Notes under the pieces: generated by a model
The model's input: only the letters and a program-made list of their open reading frames with translations
Databases searched by the model: none
Told to the model about the DNA's origin: nothing
Shown: positions 39,541-52,325 of the stretch, piece by piece
Position numbering within the stretch: position 1 is the first letter of the stretch
Layout: every line of letters begins with the position of its first letter
Source: Octopus vulgaris
Taxonomy: Eukaryota
Length of the DNA stretch: 64,000 nt
Direction of reading: 5' to 3'
NCBI GenBank assembly: GCA_951406725.2
Contig: OX597818.1
Span: 61,566,001 to 61,630,000 of the forward strand
Position numbers and translations under genes: made by a program

Positions 39541-40658
39541 ATACATACAATTCCTCAGTTCAAGAAAATTTAAGACTTACTTTGTTGTTGAAAATCTTTT
39601 AGATCAGTAATTTTTGTACATGATACATCTCTCCCACCTCTCTCTCCAAGATAACTCTTATGTCATTTCTGAAAGCACTTTGACAATTTATTTCAACTAA
39701 ACTTAATTATTAATAAAATTTACTCTGAAGCTGTTTTGCTCAAATTATTCTGCTTAGTAAATATGAATATTAAAGTATAAACATATATTATGTGAATTTT
39801 TACAAATTATTATTTTGCTAAATAAATAACTGAAGCATTTTGAATTAAAGTATTGATAATCTCTCAGCAAGAATGTTACATTTCAATGATCAAAATGATA
39901 TGGAATGCAGCTGGTTATTTCTAGAAACACTGCTTTCACAAAATTGTCATATCTAAGAGACAAAAAACATCTCAGTTGATATATTTTTAAATTATGAATC
40001 AAAGAGAATAAGATTAATCTTTTTATCTAAATTTTAAAAAAGTACAAAATTAATTCATTTCATCTCACATCATAACAATAAAGCACTCAACTAAAAGACT
40101 CTATACCTCTCAGGAGCCCTTGAAATTCAAAGTACATGCTGCGTAGAAATATATAGGGAAAGATCTAAAAAGCTATCCCTATTATCACCAGTCTAACAGC
40201 AAATGTTCAAACAGGATGATCAGTTTTCTAAATGCCTTAAGTTGCTTAATGTCCAGGACTTTCACTTTGAGCAGAATCTCAGGGGTTTGTGATCTGATCC
40301 CCCTATTGGAAGCTGAGGATGGTGACTGGTGCAAATACATCATTACATATGCAGGGCAGTTTTCATAGCATAACAAGGCTCTGAGTAAATCAATTCACTG
40401 GACCCTATGGAATTTGACAGCAAACCACATCATACATAGATCAGATTTGGACCCTTAGACTTGTGAGGGCCCTGGGTAACTGCCCAATGTGCCTTAAACA
40501 GCACTGTACATATGTCTTTGAAGTAGAGGCAATGGAAATAACTGGGGTTGCCAGTGAATTAATGAGGTTCATCATCAATGCCAATGGGACAACAGTTAGA
40601 AGAGACACCACATGATGGCCATGGCAACATACTAATCAAGCAAACATTTGTGGTAATA

Positions 40659-40930
40659 TTGGGTTGTCCGGAAAGTTCGTGCCAATTTTTAAAGGAAAGA
40701 AAAAGGTCAATAAATACTTGCCATTACATTTAATCAACCAAATTGGAATAACTTTAATCCGTTCAAAATTGACTTTGCTGACCAGTGACATCTGTGAGAA
40801 TGTTTGAAAATCCTTTCATGTGGAGTGAAATTATCATTGAAGTCTGACCGTGATGCTGGCACATGTTGGACATTTTGAAAGAATCCGGCAAATTGAACGA
40901 CCGTGTCATGTTCCAATGACTATTTTGACA
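40659..40930. mobile_element. Tc1/mariner-type element end
   Basis: ta-TTGGGTTGTCCGGAAAGTTCGT resembles the TIR of the 43373 MITE; right boundary uncertain. Confidence 0.6.
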
Positions 40931-41149
40931 TCGTCTCTGTGGTTAGATGCCTTTCCTAATGCCAAACACTTTACAAAGCACATCAGGTACATTTTTCAAT
41001 ACTGGCCGTAGCAAAGATCACCAAATGGCTTGGACAGTTAAGGGCCTAAAGTCACTCCTTTTAAATGAGGGAGAAAACAGAGAGAGAGGGGTTATGATTC
41101 TAGATGGAGAGAGTGAAAGAGTACAAGATGTAACAAATGTATTTGTAGT

Positions 41150-41575
41150 TGAAGTTGGTGGGTAGTGGAGAGCACGGCAGAGTAGAAGAGTACACACTAA
41201 TTGAAGGGAGAGGAAGTACAGCTGGGGAACAGAGTAAAAGGAAAGGATTAGGGTCAGAGATTATTGAATAGAGAAGACTGAGTGGAAAGGTAAGAGGGTA
41301 GTTTGTATAGAGGGTGTATAGAGTAGTCCTGCATTATAAGACAAAGTATGGACAGACGGGGTGAGGTAAGGGGGACAAGAAGGAAGCAATGGATTAGCGT
41401 GAAGAAGAATTCCTGAGTATTTGAAGAAAAGAGAGGGAGGGAAGTCAGATGGGGGAGGGAAAGATGAGGAGGAGTAGATAGGAGGAGGTGAAGTTGCGGA
41501 GAGAGAGAGAGAGAGAAAACGAGGGAGAGTGAGAGAGTAATGGATGAGAGCAATGAGGAAAAGAAAAGCTGGAGG
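41150..41575. repeat. Purine-rich (GA) low-complexity tract
   Basis: Direct inspection. Confidence 0.75.
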
Positions 41576-42511
41576 ATTCCATAAACATTATTTCTATCGT
41601 AAAATAGAAGGAAACTGTAAACATTAACGCTTTCGGAACTAGATTGCTTGTGACATTTTCATGCCAGAAGCAGGCATGCTATTCCAAATACAGATAAACT
41701 TCCTTTGTGGAACTGATTTAGACTTGGTAAAATGTCATTTTAAAACAAATCTTTCTTGACTATTAGAGATTCCTAGGAGGGAAGATTCCTATAAATAACT
41801 TAATCTTTGACACTGTCCAGTGTCTAAGAGTATAACAGGTAGTGAAAAGATTTTGGTTTCAAGAGTTAAGTGTCATTCTTATTTCGATGTTTGTAAATCT
41901 GATTAGAGGCTAATGCATAAATCTACATGAATAGCAAAGGCATTCATTCTTGCCACTCAGAGTACTATTTAAAGTTCAGAAGAATGTTAATAAGTACTCT
42001 CCTGTTTTTATTATATTAAAGTACACGGCTGCACTTAAAATAGTTCTAAGAAGATCAAAGAACCGGCCACACATAAAGAAAGCATCAGTATTTCAGCTGC
42101 ACGATGAAAGATGCAGTAACTTAAGACTAGAAGCTTCAAAGAAATATTGTAAGCCATTAATATATGATGTATGTGTTGTTTTCCAACAAGTGAAAGTTTA
42201 ATAATGCGATTAGCTATTGAGATATAGGTGAGACACAAAACCTGGTGAACTAAGGGAGCAAAATTTATATGGCTGAAGATAATAAAAACAGAGCCTCTAT
42301 GTCATCAGTCATCCAGCTGGAAATATCAGTCGAATCATCTTAAATTTACAATATAACCCTTTGATATAGAATATATTGAGTGATGTAGTTCCTAATATAT
42401 AAAAACATAGGGTGATCAGCTGGAATGTTTTTCATCATAGGTCTCTTCAATAAGAGGTGACCAGGGACTTAAATGTAACATAGATTCATCAAATGCTTAT
42501 TCTGGGTTTTC

Positions 42512-42750
42512 GTGGCACTTAAAAAGCACCATCAGAATGTGGCTGATGCCAGCCTCCCCTGGCACCTGTGCCGGTGGCATGTAAAAAGGACCCACTACAC
42601 TCACAGAGTGGTTGGCGTTAGGAAGGGCATCCAGCTGTAGAAACACTGCCGGATCAGACTGGAGCCTGGTGCAGCCTCCTGGCTTCCCAGACCCCGGTCG
42701 AACTGTCCAACCCATGCTAGCATGGAAAACGGACGTTAAATGATGATGAT
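42512..42750 (+). mobile_element. Retroposon family C
   Basis: Core and (GAT)n tail. Confidence 0.88.
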
Positions 42751-43372
42751 TCAAAAACAGGTAGAGAATATGAACCATAAGTAATTCAAAAAGAGACCTA
42801 ATTGAGTTGAAATAAAGAAAATAACAAATGCTAGAAAACAATTTAATGAGGATTCTTCAAATCCATTGAAGCCGTTCCGACAAGGGTTTAAAGTCAATCA
42901 AGAACAGAATTACTTAAATTCTTCTTTTGTGAAATGACCCATAAGATTGCACATCAGTTTGCAATTTTTGTAGGTTTTTAGTCAATCTCTTATTTTCACA
43001 AGTTGACAATATATTGAAAATCACTGAAGAACTGTGGTAAAAATGAATACATTTCTTATGTTTTCAGAAAAACAATGAATCTTCAAATAATTTTTTAAAG
43101 GAACAATGTGGATTACCTGAAATTTATCAGAAGTTATATTTTATTTGTTTACTTGATATATATATATTTTTGTATTTATATCAGTATGAATAAGACAACA
43201 ACCACTCAAACTGCAGAAGTAGTGAGAGCCATGGATTTGCTGATACAGAAAACTCATTTGATAAAACAACATTAATATCAGTTTCATGTTTGAGCTTATT
43301 CACTACAAATAAAAATAATAAACCTAACATAAAAGAAGTGGGGAAGAAAACAAAATATTGAAGCTTTTAATA

Positions 43373-43513
43373 TTAGGTTGTCCCAAAAGTTCGTAAACAC
43401 TTGCAAAAATTGAATTTTTACTCGCCAAGTACTAACAAAAACAACAAAAATTATTCCTCAAAATAAAGACCATTATTTTCCAAGACTTTCTACGAACTTT
43501 TGGGACAACCTTA
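43373..43513. mobile_element. Mariner-type MITE
   Basis: 23-bp TIRs TTAGGTTGTCCCAAAAGTTCGTA / TACGAACTTTTGGGACAACCTTA, flanked by TA. Confidence 0.88.
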
Positions 43514-43542
43514 TAGTTTAATGACGATATCAGGCAATTGTA

Positions 43543-44230
43543 GGTGCACGAGTGGCTGTGTGGTAAGAAGCTTGCTTCCCAACCACATGGTTCTGGGTTC
43601 AGTCCCACTGCATGACACCTTGGGCCAACCAAGGCCTTGTGAGTGGATTTGGTAGACAGGAACTGAAAGAAGCCATTCATATATATACATTGTGTGTGTG
43701 TGTGTGCGTTTGTCCCCCTACCATTGCTTGACAACCGCTGTTGGTATGTTTATGTCCCCCTAACCTAGCGGTTTAGCTAAAGGGCTCGATAGAATAAGTA
43801 GTAGGCTTACAAAGAATAAGTCCTGGGATCGATTTGTTCAACTAAAGGGCAGTGCTCCAGCATGGCTACAGTCAAATAACTGAAACAAATAAAAGAATTG
43901 TACTGATTGCTGTTTAAGCTTGCTTCCTAACCACATAGTTTTGGGTTCAGCCCCATTGCATGGCACTTAGAGCAAATTGTCTTCTATAACCCAAGGTTGA
44001 CCAAAGCCTTGTGAATGCCACCACAGGCATGCACACACACACACACGTGTGTGTGTGTGTACCTGTGCTTATTCCCAACCACTGCCTGACAACTGGTGTT
44101 CGTTTGTGTCACCGTAGCAGTTCAACAAAAGAGATCAATAGAATAAATACCAGGCTCAAAGAATAAGTACAAGGTTGATTTGTTACACTAAATCCTTCAA
44201 AGCAAGACCCACAACTTGCCCACAGACAAA
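43543..44230 (+). mobile_element. Two tandem SINE family A copies (second strongly degraded)
   Basis: Clear match 43543-43898; weaker match from ~43905. Confidence 0.8.
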
Positions 44231-45392
44231 TCCTTGTAGCAAGAAAAAGACAAGATATTAGAAATCCGTCCACTTTACCGAACAACAGTGAATGGTATAA
44301 GTTACGAATAGAGAAAAATATTGACTTTTCTATGTCCAACAGCACAAAATTAAACAAAAGAATGCAACAGTATTTGTCAACATTATTATCTCAGATAAAA
44401 GTCCAATATTGCATTGAAAGTAACCCTCAGATGAAAGTTCGGCTTTATTTTGCTTCAATCATTCAAGCTAAATGATTTCAGTTTATGTCGAAGGTCACAC
44501 TGATTTTTATATATGTTAAACAAAAGTTTGCAAGTCATTCTATTAGACAAGACTAAACACACACAAACACAAACACACATACACACACATATATACAAAA
44601 TTCAGACTTCTGGTATCTTGAAAGTTATCTAGTAGATTTTATTTCCTATTGAAAAGCGGAATGTACTGTTTTTTTTTAAATAAACAATCTCCTCCAATTA
44701 GATAAGTCTGAGATGATGTCTAAACATCTACTTTCACCATGTGACCGAGCAACATAGAGAGCTTAGAGTACTTATGAAATCATTAATTTAGAAATACACA
44801 CACAACAAAAAAAAAACAGAATAAGTATATAAATGGACAAAAACACAACAAACACATAAAGACACTTACAGATCAAATTGAGAAAAAATACCAGATTGTT
44901 TTGGACTATTGATATTCTTTATTTGTGAATAAATAAGTAACCACCTCTAACAACTAAGTACAGAATGCCATTGAACATGCTTATCTTTTGTAGTGAATTA
45001 TCCAAAATATCAATATCAATGATGAGACTATCATAAAAACGGTACAATAGTGCCTCTCTCTTTGCAGCCCATGTTAATATCTGCAACACAAGAGATCGAT
45101 TAGAAGAGGAAAAGAAAATGTTGGATTAGACTTTCTAGAATGTTTTTTTTTTTGTACTCTGCACACCAAGTAAACCAAGTATGTGAAAAGAAGGACAGTT
45201 GCTCAACACAATGCTACGTGAAGAAATGTCTCGATATCAAGGTGACATGAAGCAATCAAGATGATATCCTCTCAGTTTAAAATACTCCTGGTTCTCTCAA
45301 TGTACACAATACAAGATGTTAAAAAACCATCTCACACATTTACTTGACAGCAAGAATTGTTATGCAACAGAACACCAAACAGGAAACTTGGA

Positions 45393-45680
45393 ATCATCAT
45401 CATCATCATCGTTCAACGTCTGCTTTCCATGCTGGCATGGGTTGGACGATTTGACTGAGGGCTGGCGAACCAGATGGCTGCACCAGGCTCCAATCTTGAT
45501 CTGGCAAAATTTCTACAGATGGATGCTCTTCCTAACGCCAACCACTCCAAGAGTGTAGTGGGTGCTTTCACGTGCCACTGGCAACGACCTCTCTCGAATC
45601 TTTTACACATGCCACCGGCACAGGTGCCAGTAAGGCAATGCTGGTAACAATCACGCTCGAATGGTGTCTTTTACTTGCCT
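45393..45680 (-). mobile_element. Retroposon family C
   Basis: (CAT)n followed by the reverse complement of the core. Confidence 0.88.
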
Positions 45681-45924
45681 TTTATGTGAATATTTTATGG
45701 AATATTTTGTAATTTTATACCAAGGGCACATTGATGCCTGTTCAAAAATTATTTTAAAAAATAGCAAACTGCAGTCCTTGGATGGTTAGGTCTAACTATG
45801 ATAGACTTAATGTGTTGTATGTAAAAGTTACAGATAACCAAAAGTGGACCCTTCACAAACATACATGAATATATCAGGACATGCTTATTTCTTTAACACT
45901 ATTCTATATTTTTGAGATAAGGAA

Positions 45925-46153
45925 TTAGCCCTTTTGATACCGACCCGGCTGAAATCGGTTGTGGTTCTGTAGTACAAATCTCTTGTTTTCATTAGTTCTG
46001 AATTAAAATCTTCCACTAGACCTTAGTCACAATTTATATTCCTAACACCTGCTTAATGATAACTGAGTTATTTTATTAAACTCTTTGTTATATTTGAAGT
46101 AATTGAAAGAAACACAGAACATCTCAATAGAAATACGGTAGTGAAAGGGTTAA
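45925..46153. mobile_element. TTAA-type MITE, family M2
   Basis: ttagCCCTTT...AAAGGGttaa; homologous to 6330-6549. Confidence 0.8.
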
Positions 46154-49099
46154 GTACATTATTTACACACAAACAAGGTAAGGGTACCTATCCATCCATT
46201 GTATATAAATACTTATTTCTTTGATATGTCAAAAGTTGGACAAAGTACTTATGGTTCCTCAAGTCTGCTACAATACTGGGATTTGGAATATCAGATTTTC
46301 CCAGTCAATTCAAATACTTCTCCAAATCTCTTGGCAGATAATTTACTCATGTGCATCAATATGAAAAGTTATATCAGTGTTTGATATCAGAAATAATTAT
46401 TTCTCATTTTCAATAAAGCTGTTTTTATTGAATAAACTTTGAATTTAATTCCAAATTATATATCAATAACTAATAAACAGCAAGATAATTGTTTGATACA
46501 GTCTCTAGCCTTCAGCTTATAAGTTTTATCAAAATTCTTAATTTCATCAATCCGTTTCACTCTCAAGTATTCCGTGTGTGTTCCACTTCATTGTTCAGAT
46601 AAAAATTTCATAACAGTGTGTCAAACCAAACTTGCTTAGACATAGTGGCAACATTATTACTATATTACCTCTAAGAAACAAACATGCCAGCTGAGCATTT
46701 CACATTAATTAATTTGAATATCGTATTAGTCACTTGGATTTACTTTACTTTGGTTTTCTAGTAGACTTTGATAACTAAAACAGAATAGTCAAATGAAACT
46801 AGTGATGGCCTGCATCAACAATTAGTATATACAAATCAATTATTTGACCAGTAAAAGTCTGACATTTCCTGCCCAACACGTTAGATTTCTCTTCCTCATA
46901 TTAAATTTATTAATTACACTGTGTGAACTATTGACAATTAAGCATTTTAATTTTTACTTCTAACATCTTTCTAATTGCAATTAATACAATTAATAGTTTG
47001 TTTTTGTTTGAAATTTATCAGCTCATTCACATTATATATATATATATATATATACACATATAATATATACTCACACACATGCTTTGTTTTACATAAGAGG
47101 AAATATCTCAGACAATACCAGTTACTAGTATTGTAATCTAAATGCATTATAATGTTTTGCATTAGTTTGAGTTCAAAGATCGTAACTGCCTATAAACTTC
47201 GCCCCCTCAGGGATCAATACCATAATTAACACTTTCCAAGTGGTCCATTACAATTGAGTATGCAGCCTTCCCTATAAAATATGGTACTTTGCACTATCAA
47301 AAATTAAAACATTAATTCTACTGCTACTACTTTCAATAAACACAATGAATCTGTTAGATTACTGGTGAGCAAGAACAGTTAATTAGTAATTAGAGTTTAA
47401 GTCCAACTATTTTCAGGCTTTTGAAGTGGAAATCCTGAAAAATATTGAGAAATTTTTATAGCAAAGCTTTTCATATTTATACAGCTATTAAATGTAACTA
47501 TTCAAGAGGAAGCATTCAACGACGTTGTTTATGTGTAGTGAATAGTGTTATATTATCACCATTATTATCACATTTTATAATAACAAGTATAAGAGACTTA
47601 AAACTTGGTAACTACAATACTGCAAGAGATAAGTTCCCCCCCTATGGCACTGATTAAATCGTTTTCTGATCAATTGCCTCCACTCTAGTAGCAGGAAGCT
47701 TTTATTTTAATAACATCTGCTTTCTGTGAGGACTTAACTTTAAAAAAATAAATATATATATGTATAAGAATTAAATAAGAAACATTATATAAACAAATTA
47801 CTCTTAACATCTTATCTATAAATTAATGAACAAACACATATTGACTAATAATTCAGAAAACCAGCGTAAACTACTTTCTCATTGTGATTTTTGAAATTGT
47901 TAACTTGAGCATCAAGTGAGTAGTAAATATTTCCAATTGTTGCTAAAAATAGAATTCGTTAATCTCAGGCACAAAACAGATTCCACAAGTAATCAATATT
48001 TGACTGACATTAGTTAAAATTTGGTCCAAATTTGATTACATTATGGAAAACGAAAGTGGTTTAAAGAACAATAGATAAGATGTGATATAAGCATATGAAA
48101 GTATAAGATGTGAATCATGAGTAGTAATAAATACTCTGTAATACACATCTGAATCTCTCTGCAGTGGAGCCTTTTTGTTATCAAATGGAACATAAAAATT
48201 ACATATTAAAAATGACATGCACATGCTAATTATCAGATAAAATTTTAATGCTGCATAAAGTAAAAATTACAACCGACATACAAATGTTATTTCATAATTT
48301 TATATGCTAATATTTCATTAGATATATTTCATCCTATTGTTTCCTTTCATCTCACATTATAATCATTTGGAAATAAATAAAAAGTGCAATCTATTTCTTT
48401 GATAAAGCTTATCATTAGGATTTTCAATAAAGTAATTTTTAATGTTAATTTCATATTGTTTTTCTTCCTCTGAGTAAAGCACTTGTAAAAATAAAAAAAA
48501 ATTTATTAAATAAAAATTATAAAACATTCACTCATTGAAAATGTTTATCAACATTCTCTATTTTAAAATATTAGCAATCAAAAAATACAAAAAATATTTT
48601 CATTTGTAAAATAATGTAACTGAATAGACAACATATGGCTTTTTTTTTCCTTTTTTTGCATCAATTTTATTCTACTTTGAGTATAAATTTTACAAAATGT
48701 TTTCTGGCTTATCGTTTTCTTTCTTTTTCTTTTTATCCTGAACATTTTATTCCAATAATTTAACATAAAGCTCCTACTTCTTGAAAACACCTTTCCTAAA
48801 ATAGTGTGTTAGTGAGTTTCAGTATATATTTTAGCTGCTTTTATATATACCATCAAGTCATTATGTATGTTTGTGATGGTGGCTATCAACTCATTATCAA
48901 GTATGACCTATTTTCTGCACTGAAATTCCAAATATATAAGGCTCTCATGGTGATGAAAACTCAAGTCCAAGAAACCATCTCTTGGATACATAAGCCACCT
49001 CAAGGGCAAAAAGAATTGCAACAACTCATGCCAATACCATATTCTGTATAGCCTCAAAAGTGAGGAAAATACAAATATGGCAATACTTTATAGTTGCTA

Positions 49100-49701
49100 A
49101 GGCAGTGAAATGCTTAGTGGTATTTCATCTGTCTTTACGTTTGGAGTTCAAATTCCGCCGAGGTTGACTTTGCCTTTCATCCTTTCAATGTCGATAAATT
49201 AAGTACCAGTTGTGTACTGAGGTTGACCTAATCGACTGGCCCCCTCCCCCAAAATTTCAGGTCTTGTGCTTAGAGTAGGAAAGAATACTTCATTGTTGTA
49301 AGATGGCGAGCTGGCAGAAACGTTAGCACACCAGGTGAAACATTTAGCAGTACTCTGTCTGCTGCTATGTTCTGAGTTCAAATTCCGCCGAGGTCGACTT
49401 TACCTTTCATCCTTTCGGGGTCGATAGATTAATTACCAGTTATGCACTGGGGTCGATGAAGTCGACTTAATCCCTTTGTCTGTCCTTGTTTGTCCTCTCT
49501 GTGTTTAGCCCCTTGTGGGTTGTAAAGAAATAGGTATTTCGTCTGTCTTTACGTTCTGAGTTTGACTTTACCTTTCATCCTTTTGAGGTCGATAAATTAA
49601 GTACCAGTTGTGTACTGGGGTTGATCTAATCGACTGGCCCCCTCCCCCAAAATTCCAGGCATTGTGCTTAGAGTAGGAAAGAATACTTCATTGTTGCAGA
49701 T
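49100..49701 (+). mobile_element. SINE family B (49304-49532) between two copies of a related SINE segment
   Basis: 49119-49303 recurs at 49533-49701, including the 3' flank AGAATACTTCATTGTTG. Confidence 0.85.
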
Positions 49702-50039
49702 GCATGTGATAACCCAACTGCCAAAACAGAATGTCTGCTGTTCTATGAAGCTTCAATCCTTCACTGGCAAAAAAGGAAAATAAGCATCTGTGCATGCACA
49801 CATGTGCACACAGAGAAATGCAGATTTTTTTTTTGTAGCAGCGCATCTGCAACACAATATTTACACAAACACACCTTTCTATATACAATACTTTTCTCTC
49901 AGCTCAACTGATCAACCTAACACTTTTAAAAGCAGAATACTCTATACATGCAATGACTGATTCGTAAATGATGTTACAGTAATTAAATCAAGGAAGAGCT
50001 ATAATTAAAAAACACAAAAACTGTTCAATTCATATTTGA

Positions 50040-50436
50040 CTAGCAGTATCGCCCGGCGTTGCTCGGCTTTGTAAGGGAAATAACTATATAAGCATTTGTA
50101 GAGATGTAAAGTATAATAGCCATCTCAATATGGCTAACCACAAAGGAAGGGGTGTTACTGTAGCTTTTTACGTTGAGATTTAACAATAAATTTTTAGAGA
50201 GTTACTTCCCTTATATATGCCAAAAATGCATTAAAAATGGGAAAAATTGATGGTAAATTTTTTTTTAAATCGTAGACTCATCGTAGACGCACGCGCTAAT
50301 ACCCAGAAGGGCTCGATATGAATCACGACTATAAGATACCCGGTTTTGGTTAAACTGCACCGCAAAATGTGGGAGTAGTTAGGAATCTAAATCGTAGGAG
50401 ACAGACAGCACACAACCTCTCTTTTATATATAAAGA
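50040..50436 (-). mobile_element. Non-autonomous Helitron
   Basis: Minus strand starts a|TC and ends CTAG|t, subterminal hairpin CCGAGCAACGCCGG ~12 nt from the 3' end, no target duplication. Confidence 0.88.
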
Positions 50437-51129
50437 TTTGTTTGTCGAGTCAAAATTTCCATTGCACATCTGTGACATGCTCATTGATAACCACACTGCA
50501 GTAACACCAGTCAAGAATTGTTCAATAAAAACTCCAAGCTTTCAACATAGTTGGACCAGTATTCACTTTTACTACTCCATTTATTCTACCAACAAAAACA
50601 GCAACTGTTCCGGAATTTCAGAATACACTACCGTCAGAAATTAATTAGCACCCTTGATTTGCTCTTCACTCAAGGTATGTGCTGTCACCTAGTGGCCATA
50701 TCTCGAACTATTGCTTTGTTGCGAGTTCACTGTTGCGCAGAACGATGACGTAACTTTGTTTGCAGAGCAGTTTGAGAGTCTGCAGCCTTATGATGTTGAC
50801 ATAGCAGTGCAACAACAACTTGGAGTGCGGATGCAGACAAATCTTCCTTTGTTTAATAGATATAGGTAGCGCCTCGCAAGGACCGAAATCACACCATACT
50901 ATGTTTTCTCATCGCGTAAGACGTTTTGAACAGCTCATAGGTTAATTGATTTAACCTATTTAATGTAGAAATTTGAGAAGTGCTAATTAATTTCTGACGC
51001 AAGTGTACAGCAGATTGTGTATGTGTGTGTGTGTCAGAGGCCAAATTAATTCCTATTTATTAGGATGGCAAAATCTACATGGTCAGTTTGTAACGAAAGA
51101 GGAACTCTGGACACAACATTATGGTAAAA

Positions 51130-51358
51130 GGCTGCGAACTGGCAGAAGCGTTAGCACGCCGGGCAAAATGCGTAACCGTTTTTCGTCTGCCGTTACGTTC
51201 TAAGTTCAAATTCCGCCGAGGTCGACTTTGCCTTTCATCCTTTCGGGGTCAATAAATTAAGTACCAGTTACGCACTGGGGTCGATGTAATTGACTTAATC
51301 CGTTTGTCTGTCCTTGTTTGTCCCCTTTGTGTTTAGCCCTTTGTGGGTAGTAAAGAAA
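51130..51358 (+). mobile_element. SINE family B, young copy
   Basis: CpGs retained; perfect 13-bp target duplication ATTATGGTAAAAG. Confidence 0.93.
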
Positions 51359-51690
51359 GAATTATGGTAAAAGATCTCAAAAACAACCCTTCCACATAAA
51401 CTAAAACAAGGGTTTAAAGCTAGCCCATGAAAGTAGGAAAATATGTAAGAATACAAAAATTCTGAAGAGGAAGAACTGGATAGATTTTCCCCAAAACCAA
51501 AACAAATTCTTTGCTGATGTTCAGTTCATATAGTAATGGATGCCGAACATGACCTAATACTATTGGCACTGGTATAAAAGCAGAACAAGCGAAATTTAAG
51601 GAAAAAAAAATGTTCAGTAAAATTAAAATTTGCATTACCTTCATATAGCCAGAGGATAAGGTTAAAGACACAAAATTTCAGCAACGAATC

Positions 51691-51720
51691 ACTTACCTGG
51701 AAAATAAAATGTAAAAGTTA
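51691..51720 (-). promoter_or_regulatory. Candidate recursive splice site (ratchet point)
   Basis: Minus strand TAACTTTTACATTTTATTTTCCAG|GTAAGT: polypyrimidine acceptor directly abutting a perfect donor. Confidence 0.55.
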
Positions 51721-51937
51721 TAAATAAAACATTTAAATATATTTTATTTATTTTTTATTATTCACACACATTATCACATAATTACACACATACATTATAT
51801 GACAGTAAATTGAAAAACATTTGATTCTGATGCTACAGATTCAGAAATCAGGGATTATCCAATCCAATACACAGAATGTGTTCAAAAGTTAATTGGTAAC
51901 TTAATGCTTGTAGATATTCTTATGATACCTCGATGGA

Positions 51938-52325
51938 TGGATGTGTGTGTATATTGGTGTGGATGTGTGTGTGTATGTGGGTGTGCGTGTGAGTGTGTGG
52001 ATGTACATGTGAGTGTGTGGATGTGTATGTGTGTGTGTGGATGTGGATGTGAGTGTGTGGATGAGTATGTGAGTGTGTGGATGTGTATGTGAGTGTGTGG
52101 ATGTGTGTGTGAGTGTGTGGATGTGGATGTGAGTGTGTGGATGTGTGTGTGAGTGTGTGGATGTGTATGTGAGTGTGTGGATGTGTATGTGAGTGTGTGG
52201 ATGTGTATGTGAGTGTGTGGATGTGTATGTGAGTGTGTGTGGATGTGATGTGAGTGTGTGGATGTGTATGTGAGTGTGTGGATGTGTATGTGAATGTGTG
52301 TGTGTGTGTGTGTGTGCACACACAT
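51938..52325. repeat. 20-bp minisatellite (GGATGTGTATGTGAGTGTGT)n
   Basis: About 15 tandem units; source of the spurious His/Thr-rich ORFs. Confidence 0.93.

Noticed and set aside
7670-45090. Other isolated minus-strand donor/acceptor pairs (near 7670-7735, 10511-10557, 35505-35566, 39581-39668, 44870-45080)
   Set aside because: Weak acceptors, ambiguous or closed frames and no recognisable homology; such signals are expected by chance in 64 kb of AT-rich DNA.
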